From: Rhizobium helianthi
GTDB lineage: Bacteria > Pseudomonadota > Alphaproteobacteria > Rhizobiales > Rhizobiaceae
Length of the DNA: 32,000 bases
Assembly (NCBI RefSeq): GCF_042680945.1
Contig: NZ_JBHUEQ010000003.1
Coordinates: 88,804 to 120,803 of the forward strand
Direction of reading: 5' to 3'
Both the position numbers and the translations under genes were made by a program. The notes below the pieces were generated by a model. That model saw nothing but the letters and a program-made list of their open reading frames with translations, made no database searches and had not been told where the DNA came from. Below are positions 26,491 to 32,000 of the stretch, in pieces (position 1 is the stretch's first letter; every line of letters starts with the position of its first letter).

Positions 26491-29162
26491 TGGCACTGCT
26501 TTCCTACCAGTCACAGGATATCTTTGCGCCTGCCAATGAAAACGGACAGCTGCGCTCGCCGTCTTTGCAGGAAGTGCAGGTTTGGGGCACGGAAATTGAG
26601 GCGCTTGTTGACTCCATTGCGACCTCAGCGGCAATCTTTGACACGCGCGCAAACCTTTACTCGTCGCTTGCCTATGCGGCCAACACGTTGGCGTGGGTGG
26701 TGAATGACGCTACGGCGGCATACAACGGCATCTATCGCAAGTCGGGCGCTTCCGGCTCTGGTTCATGGACGCGCGTTGCTGATCTGCCTTACAGCTTGAT
26801 TGTGGCGAGCAATTCTGGCGCCGGTACGGCAAACGCCATCGTAGCCACCACGGCTATTCCAGTCTCGGAATCCGCTCTTGTGCTGCTGAATGTTGCGGCA
26901 AACAACACGGCAAGTCCGGTGACAGTAGCGTTCAACGGTGGCTCCGCCCTGACCGTGAAGGCCAACAGCGGCAACGACATCGTACCAGGCGGCTTGGTCT
27001 CCGGCATGTTGTTGCTTGGTCGTGTGTCTGGTTCTACATTCAGGCTTGTTAGCGATCAGGCTAGCTCTGCGATCCAAGCCGCCGCCGAAGCGGCTGCAAA
27101 TCAAGCCGCGGCGGAGGCTGACCGTGCAGAAGCTGCGGCGACGGTTGCGTCTGGCGCGATGACCACCGTGCTCGATCCACAGTTCGCCACGCTTGCGGCT
27201 GCCTCTGCGTTCTCTCCTGCTGTGGCCCCGGACTACATACGCACGGCTGGCTATTCCGCTGCTGGAGATGGTGGCGGCGCTCTTTACAAGAAGGTTGCAT
27301 CCGGGCCAAGCCACGCCGGAAAGTTCTCCATCACACTAAGCGGTGGCGGGACAGCGTGGTATGAGTTGGCTAACGGTCAACCGATCTATGCGGAGATGTT
27401 CGGTGCTGTGGGTCACCAGACGGATGCTGCGGCTCTTGCAGATGACGGGACGGTTACCACGCAGGCGATCATCAATGGGCGAGCCTTCCTTCGTGGTAGG
27501 TCAACCGCCCTGAGTACGGATGGTATCAGCGGCAAAGCGATCACCGCCTATGCCTCCGGTGTTCTCAATCTCGGAAGAGGAATTTTCTGCGTTAAGCCAG
27601 ATATGCTCGCTACGGATCAAGATATTGGCTTCATCATCCGAGGACAGGGCAATTCTGGTCGCACCAACTATATGCGTGGGCTGACCACCCTGCTTATTCG
27701 GGGAGCTTCTTCTGGATATGGTCTACGCTGGTATGGCAACGGCGGGCGAAGCGGCGGACTTGAAGATTTAGACCTCTGCTACGAAAGCGCATCGTTCACA
27801 GGTGACATGCTTGACATCATGGGTGGCGTTGGCACGTCCCCGCGGCGCGTAAGTTTTGACAGTTTCGGCAAGACGGGCGGGACAGCGCTATTTACGGCGC
27901 GCTCCAACGTGTCAATCGCGTACGAAGAGTTCTTCCACCCGAAAGATTGCACCTTCAGTGGTGCCAATATCAGCGTCTACTCCCCTTCTACTAACGGGGA
28001 GAAAGTCGTATCTAGACTGACTGGTTCCATCAGCGGAAATACCTTGACTGTGACAGCCCTTAACGAGGGCAATCTTGACGTAGGGCAAAGGCTATACGGC
28101 ACAGGTGTTGCTGAGGGAACCGCGATCACCGAACTTGGCACTGGATCTGGAGGGGTTGGCACGTATACCGTGAACATCAGCCAGTCGGTGTCTTCCCGTG
28201 CGATGACGACTGATATCTCTTTCGGCGGAAGTTGCACGGAGATCGACGCAACCAACGTTTTTTACGATTGCGGCGCCAAGTACGTAGAGCATCGAGCCGA
28301 TAAGGCTCGCTATAACTTCCAGTTCAGTGGGGTAATCAATCCGATACGCAAGGCAAGTACGACAGCAATTGATCTGAGAAACGTAAACACTGTAAGCTTA
28401 GTCGGAATTATGATGCACGGTTCTGTCGGGTTCGGTGCGTCGGATCGCTGGATTTATCTGGAAAATTGCACAGGGAGCCTGTGTGATAATCAGTTTGGTC
28501 CTGGGGCGCCGGAAGCTGCTTATGTTCTGAACTGTCAAATGGAAATCAGTAGTAACTTCCTGCACAATGAAGCCCTAGGATTTGTTTTGCTTGGGGGTGT
28601 AATTAACGGCAAGTCAAACCGCTTCAGTGGATCGGGCATTGGTTGGCGTGTTGCACCTGCCGCGAAGTTAACGGGTCAGATTGGTCCCGACGTGTTCGAC
28701 GCAACGATGACGACCTCCTATCTCATTGACCCGCCGAGCAGTCTGGCGCAAATGCGTGTTAACTACGATAAAGACCTCGATCGCAGCACAGGAAAGTTCA
28801 GTATCGCTTCAGGTTCACGCAACGTGCAAATACTTGGCAGTGGCGAGCGTGAGTACACTGATACTACGGGAAATTACTCAACGTTTGATACTGGCAAAAC
28901 GCTGATTATGAACGCGTCTGGGGCCATGAATTATACTGTCCCCCCACCATTTCACAACTGTGAACTTATGATCTACAAGCCGGTTGGTTTCAGTCTCACA
29001 CTCAACACCAGTTCCGCAAACAGGTTCAGTATCGGGTCGGGCGGAACCAAAACGCAGTTAACGAGTGCCGCTACTGATATCGGTGCATTCGCTAAGCTCA
29101 GGGGATTAGGAACTTCTGACTGGATTGTTGAGAGCCTTGTGGGGACTTGGACATCCGCCTGA
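26490..29162 (+). CDS. Tail fiber/tailspike-like protein with predicted right-handed beta-helix (pectate-lyase-like)
   Basis: 890 aa; N-terminal domain, Ala-rich coiled segment [29 protein letters not shown], then [39 protein letters not shown] and Gly/Asn/Ser-rich repeats typical of spikes/depolymerases. Confidence 0.8.
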   Translation: MALLSYQSQDIFAPANENGQLRSPSLQEVQVWGTEIEALVDSIATSAAIFDTRANLYSSLAYAANTLAWVVNDATAAYNGIYRKSGASGSGSWTRVADLPYSLIVASNSGAGTANAIVATTAIPVSESALVLLNVAANNTASPVTVAFNGGSALTVKANSGNDIVPGGLVSGMLLLGRVSGSTFRLVSDQASSAIQAAAEAAANQAAAEADRAEAAATVASGAMTTVLDPQFATLAAASAFSPAVAPDYIRTAGYSAAGDGGGALYKKVASGPSHAGKFSITLSGGGTAWYELANGQPIYAEMFGAVGHQTDAAALADDGTVTTQAIINGRAFLRGRSTALSTDGISGKAITAYASGVLNLGRGIFCVKPDMLATDQDIGFIIRGQGNSGRTNYMRGLTTLLIRGASSGYGLRWYGNGGRSGGLEDLDLCYESASFTGDMLDIMGGVGTSPRRVSFDSFGKTGGTALFTARSNVSIAYEEFFHPKDCTFSGANISVYSPSTNGEKVVSRLTGSISGNTLTVTALNEGNLDVGQRLYGTGVAEGTAITELGTGSGGVGTYTVNISQSVSSRAMTTDISFGGSCTEIDATNVFYDCGAKYVEHRADKARYNFQFSGVINPIRKASTTAIDLRNVNTVSLVGIMMHGSVGFGASDRWIYLENCTGSLCDNQFGPGAPEAAYVLNCQMEISSNFLHNEALGFVLLGGVINGKSNRFSGSGIGWRVAPAAKLTGQIGPDVFDATMTTSYLIDPPSSLAQMRVNYDKDLDRSTGKFSIASGSRNVQILGSGEREYTDTTGNYSTFDTGKTLIMNASGAMNYTVPPPFHNCELMIYKPVGFSLTLNTSSANRFSIGSGGTKTQLTSAATDIGAFAKLRGLGTSDWIVESLVGTWTSA

Positions 29163-29222
29163 TTGGAGTCGTCGGGCGGCGAGGCTTCTTACAGCCAGAG
29201 CCGCCCAAACCGCCTAGATGAG

Positions 29223-29723
29223 TTAGCCAGACCGTCTACGGAGCCGAGCCTTCAAGCCGTTGCCTGGTGGCGCAAGCACGATGATGCTGATGTCAACAAA
29301 ACCGTTATCTCCGACCCAGACTGCATAGAGTTCGCCCGCCACGGGTAAACCTTTATCGATCAGGTCGCGATTTATCTCTCTGGCTAGATCCCTTTCGAGG
29401 TAGCCGATTTGCCATTCACGTTGGCCAGCGAATCCCATCACAGCGATGGCGTTTGCGTCATATCTATTACTGGGCTCGGGAATGAGCCTCACGCCGTATA
29501 TCAATCCGCCCCTTTCCGCTGCTCTGACCGCAGCTATGAAAGCGGAAACGTCCCTTTTTCGGTGCTGGACACCAGCAACTTTCACAACGGTCGTTGTCTG
29601 CACCCAATTCCCATCGGGCATGTGACGATGCTGCCCAAAACGCCCCGAAGCTTGCGCACCTAAAGGCGCCGTTTCGTTCGCATTCGGTGAGCTATATCCG
29701 AACAGCCAACCCCACAGGCTCAT
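29223..29723 (-). CDS. HIRAN-domain protein
   Basis: VVKVAGVQHRKRDVSAFIAAVR...YGVRLIPEPSNRYDANAIAVMGFAGQREWQIGYLERDLAREINRDLIDKGLPVAGELYAV. Confidence 0.75.
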   Translation of the reverse strand: MSLWGWLFGYSSPNANETAPLGAQASGRFGQHRHMPDGNWVQTTTVVKVAGVQHRKRDVSAFIAAVRAAERGGLIYGVRLIPEPSNRYDANAIAVMGFAGQREWQIGYLERDLAREINRDLIDKGLPVAGELYAVWVGDNGFVDISIIVLAPPGNGLKARLRRRSG

Positions 29724-29832
29724 AACGTTCCCCCAGCGCCATGTACGTAGGGTTGCGTATAGTGTGGGGATAGTCAACCGTACTCTGCCCCGAAAGCGAC
29801 CGGCTAGGCGGCGAGGCTTCTATGCGCAGACA

Positions 29833-30429
29833 TCAGGAACGGGTGCGCCACGTCCGTTCGCGGTAGATTTCCGTGCGGCCTTCGTCGGTGATGTGCCAAT
29901 GCTGCCTTCCGTCCGCATCCTTGCCGCCAGCGCGCACGCAGCCGACCTTGGCTATGTATTCCATCGTTTTCACGCCGGCATCGGGTATCACGTCGGTCGT
30001 AGTGCAATCGGGGTGGTCGATCATAAAGGCGAGGACGCGCAGCTGCACCGCATTCAGCCCGTGCCGCGGCTTGAGTTTGTCGCGTTCCGCCTTGCGTGCT
30101 CGCCAGCTATCCACGGTGCCGCGCTTGGGATTTGGGTTGGGCGTGCGTGGTGGGGAAAAACTGCCGCTGCCGAACTTGCCGTGTTCACGTTCCCATCGGT
30201 CAAATTCGTCCTCTTGATTGTGGTTCACGGCGAGCCCGCCGATGGCGTTAAGTTTGTCTTCAATTGCCGCCTTGTCCCATCTACGCGTGCCGGGAATAGG
30301 CGGCGGCATGATGTGGGTGCGCACCCACATTGAGAACGTGGATGGGGCAATACCGCAAAGCGCTGCGGCTTGTGGGCGGGACAGGAGGCGGGGCTCGATC
30401 TTCATTGGCGGGTTCTTCGGCGCTTCCAT
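29833..30429 (-). CDS. Two-part DNA-binding protein (N-terminal HTH, C-terminal winged-helix-like)
   Basis: LLSRPQAAALCGIAPSTFSMWVRTHIMPPPIPGTRRWDKAAIEDKL; C-terminal LNAVQLRVLAFMIDHPDCTTTDVIPDAGVKTMEYIAKVGCVRAG. Confidence 0.65.
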   Translation of the reverse strand: MEAPKNPPMKIEPRLLSRPQAAALCGIAPSTFSMWVRTHIMPPPIPGTRRWDKAAIEDKLNAIGGLAVNHNQEDEFDRWEREHGKFGSGSFSPPRTPNPNPKRGTVDSWRARKAERDKLKPRHGLNAVQLRVLAFMIDHPDCTTTDVIPDAGVKTMEYIAKVGCVRAGGKDADGRQHWHITDEGRTEIYRERTWRTRS

Positions 30430-30651
30430 TCGCCTAGCCTTTCTTCTCCGTCAGGCGCGGCAGCCGCGAAGCCAAAAAATTTGGTGTATCTTTTCGTCGG
30501 ATTAGTTTCAGCGGCACGGCTCACCTTCCACAATTGGCGCCGCCGAGAGGCGGAGAGTTACCCATTCGTTGGTGGGCCGGGCTGGGGGAGCCGCGTGGCG
30601 TTGGTGAAGCGCAGTTGAAAGCTAACGCGCTGAAATGCCCCGAGTCAATGT

Positions 30652-30888
30652 TCAATCGGAAGGATTGCGAAGGCGAACGCCCAAGCCGCCCGTAGTCGTT
30701 TCGCCATCAGCTAGAAAGATAACATGTGTTTCTAGCACCTTGCGCAGTGCTTCCAGAGTCGATTGCTTCGCGTCCGCTCCGTTCTCGATTCGTGTGATTG
30801 TGTTCGCAGTTACGCCAGCAAGCCGGGCCAACTCGCGAACCCCTAGACCCACCGCGGCCCGCGCCATTTTTAATTGAACAGCCTTCAT
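30652..30888 (-). CDS. Xre/CI-like HTH repressor, HTH-only
   Basis: MKAVQLKMARAAVGLGVRELARLAGVTANTITRIENGADAKQSTLEALRKVLETHVIFLADG. Confidence 0.85.
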   Translation of the reverse strand: MKAVQLKMARAAVGLGVRELARLAGVTANTITRIENGADAKQSTLEALRKVLETHVIFLADGETTTGGLGVRLRNPSD

Positions 30889-30891
30889 TTT

Positions 30892-30958
30892 GGTACCTTG
30901 TACAAATATGTATTGACACGGAACCAAAAATAGCTATCGTGTCGGTACAGTGTACAAA
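30892..30958. promoter_or_regulatory. Divergent promoter/operator region with two matching half-palindromic sites
   Basis: GGTACCTTGTACAAA (30892-30906) and GGTACAGTGTACAAA (30944-30958), both GTAC-N3-GTACAAA; TTGACA at 30913-30918 and TATCGT at 30935-30940. Confidence 0.65.
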
Positions 30959-30992
30959 CACACTGATACGAAATCAACAGCGAGGCGCAAGG

Positions 30993-31391
30993 ATGCGAAC
31001 CGACCCGATTGGACAACCCTCCGACAGACTGCTCCTGCCAAGACGGCTTGTCCCAAGACGTGGGGCGCAGCTCGCCAATATTCAAAGCGCGCCTCGCGCC
31101 GATTTTCACCATCGCGTTACTGACGACGCGATGGCCCCGACTTACCGCCTGGACGATATTCTGTGCTGCGTCGCCGTTGACGCATTTTGCTGTGAGGGTG
31201 TCTACGTGATGGCACGCTCAGAAGTATTTCGATGCCGACGCGAGGGCGGTGTCATCGTCATGACACGCGACAACCCGGATTTTTTTAGCCGACGATGCGA
31301 CGTAAACTCTTTTGTCGACCTTGCGCCCGCGCTCGTGGTCGCGGACGTTCGCTTGTTACGTCCCGGTTGCTATCGCGACCTACAAAACTAG
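30993..31391 (+). CDS. S24/LexA-fold-like protein lacking HTH and the catalytic Ser
   Basis: VTDDAMAPTYRLDDILCCVAVDAFCCEGVYVMARSEVFRCRREGGVIVMTRDNPDFF resembles the S24 pattern DDSMxPTxxxGD...DGxY...KR...SDNPxY, with Ser replaced by Ala46. Confidence 0.6.
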   Translation: MRTDPIGQPSDRLLLPRRLVPRRGAQLANIQSAPRADFHHRVTDDAMAPTYRLDDILCCVAVDAFCCEGVYVMARSEVFRCRREGGVIVMTRDNPDFFSRRCDVNSFVDLAPALVVADVRLLRPGCYRDLQN

Positions 31392-31622
31392 AGCAAATTA
31401 CAGATTTCATGCCGCCTCGGCACCACCCTTGGGGCAATCCGGCCCATAGGGCGGCATGAGCGAACCAGCGCGGCCCACCAACTTCCGCAAGGAAGCGCAG
31501 CAGGTCAGCCCAAACCGTCGGTCTCAGGATCGGCGGTTTGCGGCGTTTTAAAGCGGGGAGAAAAAGTGGGGAAGAAGCACCTGTCCTCGGATTATCTCAA
31601 CGAAAACAGGTGCTTACTTCTC

Positions 31623-31640
31623 AAACTGGCTCCCCGGGCC
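31623..31640. repeat. att core (right), overlapping tRNA-Asn 3' end
   Basis: AAACTGGCTCCCCGGGCC identical to 14574-14591. Confidence 0.93.
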
Positions 31641-31701
31641 GGATTCGAACCGGCGACCTATCGATTAACAGTCGAGTGCTCTACCGCTGAGCTACCAGGG
31701 A
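31627..31701 (-). tRNA. tRNA-Asn (anticodon GTT), CCA encoded
   Basis: Reverse complement TCCCTGGTAGCTCAGCGGTAGAGCACTCGACTGTTAATCGATAGGTCGCCGGTTCGAATCCGGCCCGGGGAGCCA folds as cloverleaf. Confidence 0.97.
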
Positions 31702-32000
31702 AAACCGCGTCGCCGCGGCGGTGAGCGGGGTAATACTCAGGCTGGTTCGATTTGCCAAGAGCTTTTTTCAAAAAAAATTCGTCAGCTTGTTTTATCCACA
31801 TCCCTTTCCCATCTGCCGCTGAGGCCAATCAACAGCAAGAGGTGCCTTTTGCAAGGGAATGAGCATAGGCGAAGCTTTGGAATAGATCAGCGCACCGGGC
31901 GCCTTCATCTCGGTCGCGCCAGCATGCCTTTGCCCCGGTCAAAGGCGGGCCGGGTCAGCATCGGCGCAGGTCTGGTTGCTGGTGGTTGCCTTGGTTTCCT

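Larger units (their letters stand above)
14574..31640. mobile_element. Integrated capsid-forming phage satellite-like element (cf-PICI-like), ~17.05 kb, tRNA-Asn site
   Basis: Tyrosine integrase adjacent to left att core, AlpA-like gene, rep-like gene, HK97 capsid/packaging module, no tail or lysis module, 18-bp flanking direct repeats at a tRNA 3' end. Confidence 0.85.

Noticed and set aside
14574-31640. Interpretation as a complete tailed prophage or a gene transfer agent
   Set aside because: No tail or lysis module for a prophage; an integrase, tRNA att repeats and rep-like gene argue against a GTA.

Overview
The window appears to be a Hyphomicrobiales (Brucella/Ochrobactrum/rhizobia-like, inferred) chromosome with an integrated element. 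Host genes fill 1-14.5 kb: ilvA C-terminus, hlyU-like, azoR/LysR pair, two convergent Crp/Fnr paralogs, cpdB-like, PilZ, Lrp/ald, a rhodanese-GNAT fusion, alaX, cysK. From 14574 to 31640 lies an element of about 17.05 kb, inserted at the 3' end of tRNA-Asn(GTT) and bounded by an 18-bp direct repeat (AAACTGGCTCCCCGGGCC). Its gene order is int - AlpA-like - small genes - RepA-like ATPase - iteron/hairpin region - HTH protein - HK97 portal - protease/capsid fusion - small protein - HNH - connector - TerS - TerL - lipoprotein (antisense) - tailspike-like protein - HIRAN - HTH proteins - divergent repressor/S24-like pair. I see capsid and packaging genes but no tube, tape-measure, sheath, baseplate or lysis genes. 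This fits a capsid-forming phage satellite (cf-PICI-like) that would borrow a helper tail. Unusual points: it may carry its own receptor-binding spike; its S24-like protein lacks the expected catalytic Ser; and circularization would place the immunity-region rightward promoter upstream of int. All homology calls come from reading protein sequence; no database searches were run.
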